Notes: generated by a model not told the origin, from the letters alone. DNA of 64,000 bases from an uncultured Candidatus Saccharibacteria bacterium (GCA_964532425.1 CAZHIA010000004.1:19740-83739); one strand, 5' to 3'; shown: positions 32,445-43,123, numbered from the stretch's first letter. A program made the numbers and translations.

Positions 32445-33950
32445 ATGAATATCAAGAAAAGATCCCTGCTCGTGGCAATGGCGACCATGGGCATGATCCT
32501 CGGTAGCATTCCGTCCGCTTTTGCGGCCACCATTTCACAGAGTGCCACCTCTGTGACCTCAGACAGTGTTTCGGGAAACTCTGTGGCCTTACCCGCTATT
32601 ACCGTTACAGAAACGGCAGCCGGTGATATCCCAGCCGGAACCTTTACTTTGGCGTTGCCTTCGGGGTATGCCTTTGATACGGCGTCCGTTGCCAATGTCA
32701 ACGTCAGCGGCCTCAACGCTTCCAGCACTGTTGCGTTCCCAGATGCCGCGCATGTGGCCATAACGGTCACCGGAACCTCGACCACTGCAGGAAGCCTCAC
32801 AATCGGATCCTCCACACCGCTTAAAGTCAAAGCGACCAGCGGCACGCCGTTGGCTAGCACGGGAACCCTGGCATTAAGCGCCGGCACTATCACTGGTATT
32901 ACAGCCACCAGCAGCTTCGGCTCGCTCAGTCAAATCCCCGGAGCTGCCAGCAAGCTCGTTTTCTCCACTCAGCCGCCGACAACTGCCACCACCAGTACCT
33001 CCTTCGGCCCCGTGACAGTAGCAACTCAAGACCAGTTCGGTAATCCGGTCACGTCCGATTCAGGACGTACGGTTAGCCTGTCTATCTCGGCTATAAACCC
33101 GACCTCAACCACCGGCAGTCTGGGCGGATCAACCTCGGCTACGACAAACAGCGGACTGGCCCAGTTTAATACTTTGAACTTTTCTCAGCCGGGTACCATT
33201 GCCCTGGTTGCCAGCTCAACCGGCTTGTTGACCGCGACCAGCAATTCGATAGTCATTTCCAATGCGCCTACTACCACCCCGACCCCGACACCGACCACTA
33301 CGCCTTCCACATCGTGCAATCTGCAGAACGGCATGCTGGTTAGAGTCGGTAATTCATCCACCGTCTACATGGTTGTAAATTGCGTATTGCGCCCGTTCAC
33401 TTCTGCCGCCATCTTCCATGCGCGCGGCAAAAAGTTCCAGGATATCCGGGACATAAAAGATGGAGATGAGCACCACTTCTCAATTGGACGACCTGTAGGC
33501 CAGGGAAACGATGATGACACCACCGTGGTCACCCCGCCTGTGACGTTTCCGGTTCCAGTGAGTACCTCAACCGTTCCTAGCTTGTCCAGTTTACCGGAAG
33601 GATCGATCGTACAAGTTCCAGGCAATCCGACCGTATATCTGGTCTCCGGCGGCGTACTCAAGCCGGTTACTTCCATGCAAGTGTTGAATTCCTACAAAAA
33701 AGACCTCAAACACTTAAAACAGATTTCGGCTGCTGATCTCGCTTCGATGCAACTTGGTTCTCCGGCAACCTTTGCCGATGGCACGCTCCTGAAAGGTTCT
33801 AACAATACCATCTACGTGGTCAGAAATGGACAACTCTTTGGTATTCCCAACATGAAGACCATGTCCAAGCATGGCTGGTCTGCTAAAAACGTCATCAAGG
33901 TATCCGATGGCGATCTCCGCCTTCACCAGATCGGCGGAATGCAAGACTAA
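32445..33950 (+). CDS. Secreted Ser/Thr-rich surface protein with Ig-like regions and a C-terminal triple ~40-aa repeat (same repeat type as the 14565 protein)
   Basis: Signal peptide MNIKKRSLLVAMATMGMILGSIPSAFA; repeats GNSSTVYMVVNCVLRPFTSAAIF, GNPTVYLVSGGVLKPVTSMQVL, NNTIYVVRNGQLFGIPNMKTM. Confidence 0.65.
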   Translation: MNIKKRSLLVAMATMGMILGSIPSAFAATISQSATSVTSDSVSGNSVALPAITVTETAAGDIPAGTFTLALPSGYAFDTASVANVNVSGLNASSTVAFPDAAHVAITVTGTSTTAGSLTIGSSTPLKVKATSGTPLASTGTLALSAGTITGITATSSFGSLSQIPGAASKLVFSTQPPTTATTSTSFGPVTVATQDQFGNPVTSDSGRTVSLSISAINPTSTTGSLGGSTSATTNSGLAQFNTLNFSQPGTIALVASSTGLLTATSNSIVISNAPTTTPTPTPTTTPSTSCNLQNGMLVRVGNSSTVYMVVNCVLRPFTSAAIFHARGKKFQDIRDIKDGDEHHFSIGRPVGQGNDDDTTVVTPPVTFPVPVSTSTVPSLSSLPEGSIVQVPGNPTVYLVSGGVLKPVTSMQVLNSYKKDLKHLKQISAADLASMQLGSPATFADGTLLKGSNNTIYVVRNGQLFGIPNMKTMSKHGWSAKNVIKVSDGDLRLHQIGGMQD

Positions 33951-34085
33951 GCAATAGTTATACCAAACTCCAGTTGTTCCAAAGATCCGCACCCGAGAGG
34001 GTGCGGATCTTTCTGTGTTCGGGCAGCTAAAGCGAGCCCCTACGGGGAACTGATAACAATTCGCAATTAACAAACGATTACATAA

Positions 34086-37000
34086 TCAATTCCTCACAAA
34101 ATCTTCCGTGACATAGTGGAAACTGTCGAGCGATGTCTTCGTTTCCGGCAACACTCCGGCAATAACGACGCTATTCCCAAAAAAGTTCTCGATGGTATCC
34201 CCTTCTTTTTTGAATAAGTTCTCGGCTTTCATCATGGCCGCCTCACGGCTGCCAATATATACCGGCAAATACTTTTTCGTGCCGAAGACCACCGGAACTA
34301 GTCCATCGCGACTGATGCTTCCCGCAAAGACTGCCGGAATGTTATTCTCGTTGATTCCATAAAAGAGTTTTATATTCCCTTTGGCATCTATAGCTGCACC
34401 GCTAGCAACGGAACTAATCCCGGTTTCAGATCGTATAATGTGGGCGTTGTCCAAAAACGTGCCCGTCGGCTTTAAGATGCCGACTATTTTCATGCTCGGT
34501 ATCCCGAAGAAGTTCTGCAAGCTGTCCCCCGGTTTTTCGAACAGTTTTTCCTTGCGCATCATTTCTGCCTCAACGGAGCCGATGATCATTTCATCTTTGC
34601 CAAGACTGCCAGTCCCTTCGGCCATGGGCAGGCTTATATTCCCCTGCCCGATCTGGACAAAGAACTTCGGGTTCGTTTCGGCAAAATTGATTTTTATAGT
34701 GGACTGCTTGAGCAGGTCCTGGCTTTGTCTGACTATCTCCGGAGAAACTTTGACCACAGCCATGGCACTCGCCGGCTCGGCCATGCGGGTACTGAAACGA
34801 GCGAACTCGAAGAACGCTAGGGTAAAAACCAGTGCCATAACGATCGGAGCCAAAGCGGATATCCAATTGCGCTTTGCCGGACGGAAGAATCGCAAGGTTA
34901 GAGAATTGGCTACTACGGAAACCGAACTCAATGCCATAGCCAGACCTGCTAGCTCGGGCTTAAGCACCAACCCGAAGCTCGCAAAAACGCGGGCGGCAAT
35001 CGGTATTCCAATCACGTTATAGAACAAGGCGAAGAACATGTTCTGTTTGATCTTGCCCATAGTCTCGCGGGACAGTTGAATGGAATTAACCACGTCGTTC
35101 AAATCATTCTTCATAATAACGATGCCGCCGGTTTCCATGGCCACGTCCGTGCCGCTACCCATGGCAACACCTAAGTCTGCCTGAGCCAGGGCAGGTGCGT
35201 CATTAATACCATCCCCCACCATCGCGACTTTCTTCCCGAGCTCCTGCAACTTTTTAACCTCGCCAGCCTTATCTTCCGGCAGCACGTCTGCAATCACATT
35301 GGTTATTCCACACTGGCTGGCAATGGCTTTTGCCGTACGCTCGTTATCGCCAGTAACCATATAGACCTCAATACCCATCTTTTGTAGTTTTTCAACAGCG
35401 GCCTTTGTTGTCGGTTTAACAGTATCAGCTACGGCGATTATGCCTATAACCTCACCCCCGCCCTCTCCTTTGAAAGGAGAGGGAGCGGAACCAAGCAACA
35501 TGGCGGTCTTACCAGCTTCTTCTAGCTTAGACTGTTTGCGATCAACACGTTCAACGTTCACGTCCGCATGCACTGCCATCATTTTGCGGTTGCCAAAATA
35601 GTAGGTCACGCCATTTATCTCGCCCTGCACGCCATGGCCCGGAATAGCTTTGAAATTTTTTACATCAAGCAACCCCACCCCATTTTCCTGGGCGTGTGCA
35701 TAGATGGCTTCAGCAAGCGGATGCTCGGACATCCGCTCCAGGGAAGCCGCGATCTGCATGATATCAGCTTCATCCATAGCCCCCAATGAAACGACATCAG
35801 TCACCTCCGGCTTGCCGTGAGTCAATGTTCCGGTCTTGTCAAAAATGATTGTACTGATCTTGCATGCTGCTTCCAGCGGCTCCCCACCTTTTACCAGAAT
35901 ACCATTTTCCGCACCCTTGCCAGTGCCAACCATGAGTGCGGTCGGCGTGGCCAAACCTAATGCACATGGACACGCGATCACGATCACGGAGGTAAAAGCC
36001 ATTAAGGCAAAACTGAGCGAAGAGTGAAGAGCGAAAAGCCAAATTACAAAAGTCAATATTGCTAATCCAATGACCGCTGGCACAAACCATGCGGAGATCC
36101 GATCAGCAAACGCCTGGATAGGCGCCTTGCTGCCTTGGGCTTCTTCTACCAGACGGATGATTTGGGCCAGCACGGTCTCGTTGCCTATTTTGGTCACTTC
36201 AAATTCAAAGCTGCCGGTCTTGTTGATGGTACCTCCGGCGACGGTATCCCCGATCTTCTTTTCTACGGGCAAACTTTCGCCGGTAAGCATGGACTCGTCC
36301 ACAGACGAGGACCCTTTCGTGATTACACCATCGATCGGCACTTTCTCGCCCGGCCTCACAATTACAATATCCTTCTTGGCTACCTGCTCGACCGGAATGT
36401 CTATGGTTTGCCCGCCGCGTATAACGCGGGCAGTCTTGGCCTGCAAGCCCATAAGTTTTTTGATGGAATCCGAGGTCTTGCCTTTGGTCCGTACTTCCAG
36501 CCACTTGCCCAAGGTCACGAATGTGATTAGGAACGCTGCGGTTTCAAAGTACAAATTCGGCACTTTACCGCCGGACAATCCCAGCACCGTTTTGTTCGCA
36601 GCGGCATACAAAACCAAATTCACCAGGCTGTACACGTAGGCCGTGGAAGTACCAATGGCTATCAGGCTATCCATATTGAATGTCTTCATGCGCAAACTCG
36701 ACCACATGCCTTTGTAAAACCCCTTACCTATAATGAACTGAACAGGTGTCGCCAAAATCAGCGAGACGATCCCCACATAGGGTAACAACCCCACGCCAGG
36801 AAGGGTTGAAAAAAAATCGATCATCATGAAATACAATAGCGGTGCGCTCAGTGCGGCGCTGGCTATTAATCTGTTCCTGATGGCTCGAAGTTCAGCCTGC
36901 CGTAAGCGCGATTCGGCTTCCGCATCTTCCTTCGTGGCTTCGTCGGCATCGTATCCGGCTTTTTTCACAGCCGTAATGAGATCAGAAATACCGGCCTGCG

Positions 37001-37148
37001 TTTCATCGAATCGTATAGAGGCCTTTTCCGCCCCGAAGTTGACTGTGGCAGTTTTGACGCCGGCAACCTTGTTGAGTGACTGCTCTATAAGCAATGCACA
37101 AGACGCGCAATGCATTCCATGCACGCGTAATTGAGTACGAGTATCCAT
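34086..37148 (-). CDS. copA: Copper-translocating P1B-type ATPase with an N-terminal HMA domain and an unusual ~270-aa C-terminal extension containing a tandem duplicated ~100-aa module
   Basis: GMHCASCA (HMA CxxC), CPC in TM6 ([11 protein letters not shown]), [17 protein letters not shown]. Extension repeats [33 protein letters not shown]... and [32 protein letters not shown]... Confidence 0.88.
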   Translation of the reverse strand: MDTRTQLRVHGMHCASCALLIEQSLNKVAGVKTATVNFGAEKASIRFDETQAGISDLITAVKKAGYDADEATKEDAEAESRLRQAELRAIRNRLIASAALSAPLLYFMMIDFFSTLPGVGLLPYVGIVSLILATPVQFIIGKGFYKGMWSSLRMKTFNMDSLIAIGTSTAYVYSLVNLVLYAAANKTVLGLSGGKVPNLYFETAAFLITFVTLGKWLEVRTKGKTSDSIKKLMGLQAKTARVIRGGQTIDIPVEQVAKKDIVIVRPGEKVPIDGVITKGSSSVDESMLTGESLPVEKKIGDTVAGGTINKTGSFEFEVTKIGNETVLAQIIRLVEEAQGSKAPIQAFADRISAWFVPAVIGLAILTFVIWLFALHSSLSFALMAFTSVIVIACPCALGLATPTALMVGTGKGAENGILVKGGEPLEAACKISTIIFDKTGTLTHGKPEVTDVVSLGAMDEADIMQIAASLERMSEHPLAEAIYAHAQENGVGLLDVKNFKAIPGHGVQGEINGVTYYFGNRKMMAVHADVNVERVDRKQSKLEEAGKTAMLLGSAPSPFKGEGGGEVIGIIAVADTVKPTTKAAVEKLQKMGIEVYMVTGDNERTAKAIASQCGITNVIADVLPEDKAGEVKKLQELGKKVAMVGDGINDAPALAQADLGVAMGSGTDVAMETGGIVIMKNDLNDVVNSIQLSRETMGKIKQNMFFALFYNVIGIPIAARVFASFGLVLKPELAGLAMALSSVSVVANSLTLRFFRPAKRNWISALAPIVMALVFTLAFFEFARFSTRMAEPASAMAVVKVSPEIVRQSQDLLKQSTIKINFAETNPKFFVQIGQGNISLPMAEGTGSLGKDEMIIGSVEAEMMRKEKLFEKPGDSLQNFFGIPSMKIVGILKPTGTFLDNAHIIRSETGISSVASGAAIDAKGNIKLFYGINENNIPAVFAGSISRDGLVPVVFGTKKYLPVYIGSREAAMMKAENLFKKEGDTIENFFGNSVVIAGVLPETKTSLDSFHYVTEDFVRN

Positions 37149-37157
37149 AGTTTCAGT

Positions 37158-38489
37158 TTAATCAGTGACAATAAACTTTCCGCGGTACATCCCCATAGAA
37201 CAAGAAAAATCGATTTCTCCCGTTTGCGTAGGCGTGAATTCAATTACATTCTCGCCAAGTTTGAGAGGCTGAGCAATACCGAACGCCGGCATACTCAGGG
37301 TGCTTGCACAGGTGTATTGACTGGTAGAGTTAATGACCCACCTGACCTTCGCGCCTTTTTTGACAGTGAATTGGTTAGGGCTATATCCCGTTCCGCTTTG
37401 AACCATCTTTACTTCCTGTACGGGACCTACGGCATCCTGGCTGCCCTGCTGAGTCACAGCGCTCCCTACGCGGTGAGGAAACACGACACGGCTGGCGTTT
37501 GCGATATTAAAAATTCCGAGGAATATCACGGCAACTCCCGCTGCGGAAAAAAATATTCGGGCTTTGGAACCCTTAAATACACTGGAGAGTCCGCCTATGC
37601 TAAGCATGCCAGGCGCTGTACCCAAGGCGAACAACGACATAACCAGCGCACCCTGGACAAAACTGCCGGTCGAAATGGCATATAATTGCATAGCTTGGGT
37701 AAAACCGCATGGCAGGAAGAAAGTCATGACCCCGCCGACAAAAGCACTGGTGTTACTATATCCCTTGTCACCAGACTTGATCCCGAGTATACGAGACACG
37801 GACTTCGGGATCGTGATATTGACCCGTTGCAAGGCTGGGAATATTTCGATCAATTTCAAGCCCAAGAGCACCATTACCGCGCCAACAATAAGCGTCAGCA
37901 CGCCCATCAACCTTGCTGAAGGCTGCAGTACTCCTCCGATCAAGCCAATGAGGCCGCCGAGCACGGCAAAACCGATAATTCTCCCTAGATTGAAAAATAT
38001 ATGCGGACGGAATTTTTGCATGCGGGAAGCTTCCGGGTGGGTTTCCGAGTACCGCGCTGAGAAGGCCAACACTAAGCCGCCGACGAGAGCCATGCATGTT
38101 GATATTCCGGCAACAAGGCCAACGAGCACCGCCACCGCTAAACCTTTCTGATTAAAGTCAGCTGAAATGCCGGAGAATCCGAACAACTGGGCGGAGATAT
38201 ACAACAGCGCCAGGATAACAACGGCATTGGCTAAATAGTAATAATCCCTGAAATTCTTTGAGACCCAACCATCTTCACGGCTTGCACTGACATGGTAACC
38301 GGCATCTTCTACCACGCGGCTTATCTCATGCAACGATGGCTGTTTTTGTTCATACCAAATTTTCGCCTTCTTGGAAGACTGGCTCACTTCGACTTTCTTT
38401 ACCCCTTCGATCTTACCGATATTGTTCTCCAGGAGAACTTCACACGACTTACAGTGCATTCCCTCAACGGGGATGGTTATTTTTTCCAT
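37158..38489 (-). CDS. HMA domain fused to a CcdA/DsbD-like thiol-disulfide membrane domain and a C-terminal cupredoxin-like domain
   Basis: GMHCKSCE (HMA); conserved TM cysteines (ISTCMALVGG, FFLPCGF) as in CcdA/DsbD; C-terminal YTCASTLSMP...FSCSMGMYRGKFIV resembles a cupredoxin_1-like metal site. Confidence 0.65.
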   Translation of the reverse strand: MEKITIPVEGMHCKSCEVLLENNIGKIEGVKKVEVSQSSKKAKIWYEQKQPSLHEISRVVEDAGYHVSASREDGWVSKNFRDYYYLANAVVILALLYISAQLFGFSGISADFNQKGLAVAVLVGLVAGISTCMALVGGLVLAFSARYSETHPEASRMQKFRPHIFFNLGRIIGFAVLGGLIGLIGGVLQPSARLMGVLTLIVGAVMVLLGLKLIEIFPALQRVNITIPKSVSRILGIKSGDKGYSNTSAFVGGVMTFFLPCGFTQAMQLYAISTGSFVQGALVMSLFALGTAPGMLSIGGLSSVFKGSKARIFFSAAGVAVIFLGIFNIANASRVVFPHRVGSAVTQQGSQDAVGPVQEVKMVQSGTGYSPNQFTVKKGAKVRWVINSTSQYTCASTLSMPAFGIAQPLKLGENVIEFTPTQTGEIDFSCSMGMYRGKFIVTD

Positions 38490-38500
38490 GTTTATATTTA

Positions 38501-38767
38501 TTATTTGTTGTGAAGATCGTAAATCTTGAGCAACTCAGCGACCGCCTTGGAGGTATGACCTCCGCTAAACTGGTGAGCCACGTGCTCCTCCAAATGGTTT
38601 TTAAGCAACGAGGCATCGAAGCTCTCGAGCGAGCGCTGAATAGCGCGGGATTGAGTAATAATGTCCACGCAGTACTTGTTATCCTCAAGCATACGTTCAA
38701 TTCCCGCCATCTGGCCTTGAATGCGGTGGATTCGGTTAATGAGATCTTTTTGGCACTTTGCTTGCAT
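38501..38767 (-). CDS. csoR: CsoR/RcnR/FrmR-family metal-sensing transcriptional repressor
   Basis: DUF156 fold: IHRIQGQMAGIERMLEDNKYCVDIITQSRAIQ with conserved Cys/His ligands (C..H...H). Confidence 0.8.
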   Translation of the reverse strand: MQAKCQKDLINRIHRIQGQMAGIERMLEDNKYCVDIITQSRAIQRSLESFDASLLKNHLEEHVAHQFSGGHTSKAVAELLKIYDLHNK

Positions 38768-38799
38768 TGGATATTAGTAATTAGTAATTTGATATTTCT

Positions 38800-38828
38800 A
38801 TCATATACCCCCTGGGGGTATATGTCAA
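38800..38828 (-). promoter_or_regulatory. Promoter of the csoR-copA operon with a CsoR-type operator palindrome as its spacer
   Basis: On the minus strand: TTGACA - TATACCCCCTGGGGGTA (17 nt; palindrome ATACCCCCTGGGGGTAT) - TATGAT. Confidence 0.7.
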
Positions 38829-38941
38829 TGTGGATAAGTCGATCATGATTCTCACGGCTCCGTGTAGAAATTTCCGCTTGCTTCCGGCTTATTTGTATGG
38901 TATTCTGCCCTATTACAGCTGCAGAACACCAAGGAGGACCT

Positions 38942-40510
38942 ATGACCGAAGAACTGCAATATATCAGTTCCGACCGTATCACGGTGGAAATTTCCAGCCG
39001 GACTTTCGGGACCACTACCAAGGCACATCAAAAATACTTGCAGGATGTGCCGCCGGAATTCTCACCTCTCGCCGGACAGCTGCGCAAACAGTCGGCCTTG
39101 CTCGCACTCCATCCCGACCACGCCACCCGGGAGCAGGTCTGGGCTGCCTATGGGACAGACCTAAAACTGCTCCAGGAGCATAGCAGCCAGTTCCAAGCTT
39201 TCATGCGGGCGGCGATCAAATGCTCGGTAAAGACCAAAGCCTCTGCCGGGAACGACCGGGATGCGGTTGCCAGCGATACGTATGCCATGCTGGAAAAGAA
39301 CATTCCTGCCATTGGCAATGCTCCCCTGCTGGAACTGTCCCACATTCGGGCAGCCAAGCCGGCTGACGAACAATTGTTCGAACTCCAGGAAGAATTCGAG
39401 GAAGGCATCGGCAGACTGCTCAGGTTGTTTTCCTTCTGGCTGCAAATGCTGGTGGAAGCCGAACTTGTCGGCCTGGCAGAATGGAGCACGGACGACGTCT
39501 GCCGCTACCATTACTTCCGGCATTCGATGGAAGAGAAGGTCGTTTCGGAAAAAATCAAGAAGGAAACCGAGACGAAAGACAATGGCTGGTTCAAGGTCAC
39601 AGAGATCGCTGACGAAACGATCACGCAGACCCTGTTCAAAGAGCGCCACATCCATACCGTGGTAGCCGCCAAATGCTGGAGCCTGCCGGACTATCCCAGG
39701 CCGGTTCCCAAACGCATCGCCGCGCTGCTTGACGAAGTACCGAAGTGGCTCATGCCGCTTATCCGCATCGTGGACGGCCAGATGACCATGGAAGAAGTCG
39801 TCCGCATTAACCAGGAAGAGCGGACCATTGAGCGTTCCGAAATCCGCGGCGTCTACGAGTATGAGCCCGGAATCCTTCTTGGGACGTTCAATCTGGCAGG
39901 GTTTACCCTCGCCGAATCGGCCAATGCCTACTACGATAGTCAAAGCTGTGCGGAAGCAGTCAGAAATGCCGAAGCTCAACACCAACGCTCCGCACAGCGA
40001 AAGGCAGTTATCCGTGGTACCATCACAACAGCGCTCGTCATCACCGCCATCCTGCTCGCAGGGCTAGTTGTCTATCGCGGGATGGAAAGAGGCGCCGAAC
40101 GTGACCGTGCCGCATATCGCGCATATACCGCCGAGCACTCAACGGGAGAGGTTCTTCTGGCTAAACCTGGTGACCTGATTCCACTCAAAAACCGGGTGTA
40201 CCTGAAATACAATGGAGCCGATCCGTTGAACCGGTCTATTCAGTTCTCTCCGGTCAAAGGCGTGAAGCTGCCGCTTGACGGCGCAGCCGTTAGCGACCCG
40301 GCGGATACGCAGATTCACCAAGCGCCAAATCCGTACATGTTCGTCCTGATGCAGAGTGCAGAAAGCGCTTATTACGGAGACATTGACCTCGGACCGTCTC
40401 TGGGGATCTTCGTCAAGCTGCACATTTTGTCCATCAAAGACTCGAGTCACGAGATGAAGTACTCGTATACAGCGTACGCTGACGGGCAGTGGAACCAACC
40501 AGCGCAATAG
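38942..40510 (+). CDS. Hypothetical protein, 522 aa, with a single TM helix (~aa 370-390)
   Basis: AGGAGG RBS before the ATG at 38942; the track ORF from 38897 is an extension. No family recognised. Confidence 0.6.
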   Translation: MTEELQYISSDRITVEISSRTFGTTTKAHQKYLQDVPPEFSPLAGQLRKQSALLALHPDHATREQVWAAYGTDLKLLQEHSSQFQAFMRAAIKCSVKTKASAGNDRDAVASDTYAMLEKNIPAIGNAPLLELSHIRAAKPADEQLFELQEEFEEGIGRLLRLFSFWLQMLVEAELVGLAEWSTDDVCRYHYFRHSMEEKVVSEKIKKETETKDNGWFKVTEIADETITQTLFKERHIHTVVAAKCWSLPDYPRPVPKRIAALLDEVPKWLMPLIRIVDGQMTMEEVVRINQEERTIERSEIRGVYEYEPGILLGTFNLAGFTLAESANAYYDSQSCAEAVRNAEAQHQRSAQRKAVIRGTITTALVITAILLAGLVVYRGMERGAERDRAAYRAYTAEHSTGEVLLAKPGDLIPLKNRVYLKYNGADPLNRSIQFSPVKGVKLPLDGAAVSDPADTQIHQAPNPYMFVLMQSAESAYYGDIDLGPSLGIFVKLHILSIKDSSHEMKYSYTAYADGQWNQPAQ

Positions 40511-40593
40511 CGCTCGCATTCTCAGCCAAACCTTCTCAAGGTTTGGCTGTTTTTAATACGTTACTGATCTATCAAAATCAAATGTTCCTTCCA

Positions 40594-40629
40594 TTCTACA
40601 AATTACTGCATATGCAGTAATTTGTAGAA
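40594..40629. terminator. Perfect 36-bp palindrome TTCTACAAATTACTGCATATGCAGTAATTTGTAGAA
   Basis: Perfect inverted repeat; a variant with the same ACTGCATATGCAGT core lies at 41813-41848. Confidence 0.55.
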
Positions 40630-40748
40630 TACAATATTTGGATATCAATAATTGCCAACTACTTCGCAGTACAAGATGAGATACATCGCGGACACGAGAA
40701 CTCATTTCTGCTATAATTGAGGCGTAAATTCAAAAGTACCCATCCAAT

Positions 40749-41750
40749 ATGGAAAACAAGCCACTGCTGCAAACTGAGATCAGCGACCCTCTTAACATCC
40801 TCAGCTCTACCAAACAGGTAGCGGATAGTTTCCAATTTGTTTCGATCAATGAAGAGTCTTTGGAGAATTTGTCTCAAGAGATTATCAAGCGCTTTGGCCA
40901 GGGGCTCAGTAACCAGGAATTGGGTTTTACCGTTTCGGGGGACTTGGAACGGGACCTGCAAACCATATTCGTGGAAGACGCAGTGAATTTCTGTTTTTGG
41001 GCAAGCAAAGGGCAGTCCAAGTGGCAAATAGAACTGCCGGATGGCGGCAAAACGGAAGGCGGTTGGTTTGGGCTGCAAGCCTGCTTTGAACGAGCACTTT
41101 TAGAACACGTGCCAATCTTTGAGGCTGACCATCTGGCGCAATTGAATAGGACTGATGCCGAACATTTTTTCCGAGGTGTAGGCGGTGTGACGATTCCCCT
41201 ACTGGACGAACGCATAAATAATCTGCGCGAGACTGGGAAAATCCTGTTAGAAAAATTTGATGGACAATTTTCAAATGTTGTGCAGACTGCTAATGGTGAC
41301 GCCATAGAATTAGTTAAGATCATAGCCAAAAATTTTCCCTCTTTCCGTGATGTTTCGCAGTTTGATGGTATTGAAGTTAGTTTCCTCAAGCGGGCACAGA
41401 TCTGCGCCAATGATACTATACGCATCCTGAAAGACCATCATCAAAATATGGCAGGGCTAGAATTACTCACTGCCTTTGCCGACTACAAGCTCCCTCAAAT
41501 CTTGCGCATGTTCGGGGTATTGCAATACGAACCATCTCTTGCGAAGCGGATAGATATTTATGAGGAGATTCCGCACGACAGCCGTGAGGAAATCGAAATC
41601 CGGGCTGCTACTATTTGGGCGGTCGAACTACTGAGACAACGGACCCCTCACCTGACTGCCAGTGACATCGACAACACCCTCTGGCTGTTAAGCCAGGACA
41701 TCCAAAATGAAGCCAAACCATACCACCGGACAAGAACGATCTATTATTAG
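40749..41750 (+). CDS. DUF2419-like protein (putative queuosine salvage / Qng1-like)
   Basis: FCFW motif and C-terminal RTRTIYY resemble the DUF2419/Qng1 family; tgt is also present in the window. Confidence 0.5.
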   Translation: MENKPLLQTEISDPLNILSSTKQVADSFQFVSINEESLENLSQEIIKRFGQGLSNQELGFTVSGDLERDLQTIFVEDAVNFCFWASKGQSKWQIELPDGGKTEGGWFGLQACFERALLEHVPIFEADHLAQLNRTDAEHFFRGVGGVTIPLLDERINNLRETGKILLEKFDGQFSNVVQTANGDAIELVKIIAKNFPSFRDVSQFDGIEVSFLKRAQICANDTIRILKDHHQNMAGLELLTAFADYKLPQILRMFGVLQYEPSLAKRIDIYEEIPHDSREEIEIRAATIWAVELLRQRTPHLTASDIDNTLWLLSQDIQNEAKPYHRTRTIYY

Positions 41751-41812
41751 AGCGCTTTCCTGCTGCAAACTTTCCAACTTTACTTGGAACCTATAGCAAA
41801 CTCATGACCTTA

Positions 41813-41848
41813 TTCAACAAAAAACTGCATATGCAGTTTTTTGTTGAA
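41813..41848. terminator. Perfect 36-bp palindrome TTCAACAAAAAACTGCATATGCAGTTTTTTGTTGAA (bidirectional terminator-like)
   Basis: A-tract, stem, T-tract; between convergent genes. Confidence 0.6.
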
Positions 41849-41855
41849 TAACTAA

Positions 41856-42131
41856 TTAGAAGTCAAACAAATCTCCAATAATACTGCTTTTTCTTTTCTG
41901 GTGCGGTTGGCCGGAGTAGCCATGTTTGTCCTCATGATGATGGCCGTCATCGCCATAACTCTCCTGCTGCGATCTGGAAGGGGCTTCGTAACCGCCACCG
42001 ACCGATTTTTCAATAATTTTATCCAGCTCCCCGCGGTCAAGCCAGACACCTCGGCACTTGGGACAGTAGTCTATTTCCACACCCTGACGCTCGGCCATTT
42101 GTAAATCGACTTCGCAAATTGGACATTTCAT
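41856..42131 (-). CDS. Zinc-ribbon protein (zf-TFIIB-like, PF13453-like) with a His-rich tail
   Basis: MKCPICEVDL...IDYCPKCRGVWLDRGELDKI. Confidence 0.6.
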   Translation of the reverse strand: MKCPICEVDLQMAERQGVEIDYCPKCRGVWLDRGELDKIIEKSVGGGYEAPSRSQQESYGDDGHHHEDKHGYSGQPHQKRKSSIIGDLFDF

Positions 42132-42142
42132 ATATGTGCTGT

Positions 42143-43069
42143 TTAATTATTTAATGTTTTTAGAAAAACTTTTTGGTCTTGGATAATCTGGTCAATATAT
42201 GGGGTCAAATAAGCCTCAAAGTGGCTGATGGGGTAATGTTTAATTACGGCATTCGGCGCCTTTGATGCGACCTCTACTGCAAATGACGCAGAGGCTTCAG
42301 TATCCTTGTCGGCAACGCACATAAGAAGCGGCATAGTTAATTTCTCCGCCGTTCCCTCGACATATCTTGGCAAACCCTTCAAAACCATTTTGAAAAAGAA
42401 ACGGGGAGCAAGGGCATTCTTCCAGCCAGACGCCTCTCCGCCCATGGCCTCAAACGCTTCTTTCGCTTTCGGATCAATGAAAGCAGCCAAACCGCCTGGT
42501 TCTGTAGGATACACAGGGACAAAATAGGGAGACCTGCCAAACCAAGAACCGAGCATGTCAACTGCAGCAGCTCCGATATAATGAAATTTTAATTTCATTA
42601 TTTTCCAGCTACGGTCTTCTTCTTGGCTCCGGCCGCGATGCTGAATGTCTATTAATGGGGCCTGGGAAATGACAGCCGCAATCCTCACGTCTTTTGCGGC
42701 TACAGCCAGCACATGCCCTCCGCTGAAAGATGTTCCCCACAGTGCGATCTTGTCAGGATTAATCTTCGGGTGAGAGCGCACAAAGGAAATAGCGGCTTGA
42801 TAGTCTTCCCGCTGGTTTTCTATATCAAGCAGCTGCCGGGGCTCTCCCCCGCTTCGGCCAAACGACCGATAATCGAAAGCGAATACCGCAATACCAAGTT
42901 CGACAAATTTTTCAGCATACTGGGCAAGCCCCAGGCGCTTGGTTCCACTGCCGCCATGACCCATAACAAGACAAGGAATTTGTCCGGACAAATTCTGCGG
43001 CCAATAAAAATCTCCGGCACACGTAACATTATTTGATTCGAAGAAAACTTCTTCAATTTCCATATTCAT
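42143..43069 (-). CDS. Alpha/beta hydrolase (dienelactone hydrolase / S9-like)
   Basis: GxSxG nucleophile elbow GTSFSGGHV; HG oxyanion motif (LVMGHGGSG). Confidence 0.72.
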   Translation of the reverse strand: MNMEIEEVFFESNNVTCAGDFYWPQNLSGQIPCLVMGHGGSGTKRLGLAQYAEKFVELGIAVFAFDYRSFGRSGGEPRQLLDIENQREDYQAAISFVRSHPKINPDKIALWGTSFSGGHVLAVAAKDVRIAAVISQAPLIDIQHRGRSQEEDRSWKIMKLKFHYIGAAAVDMLGSWFGRSPYFVPVYPTEPGGLAAFIDPKAKEAFEAMGGEASGWKNALAPRFFFKMVLKGLPRYVEGTAEKLTMPLLMCVADKDTEASASFAVEVASKAPNAVIKHYPISHFEAYLTPYIDQIIQDQKVFLKTLNN

Positions 43070-43123
43070 GGTTTTAACTAATGCACTTCATACCCAGAAA
43101 GGTACTTTGTCGAACTCTATACA

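Noticed and set aside
40630-40748. preQ1 riboswitch upstream of the DUF2419-like gene or tgt
   Set aside because: No small hairpin followed by an A-rich AAAAAACUA-type tail was found in either leader.
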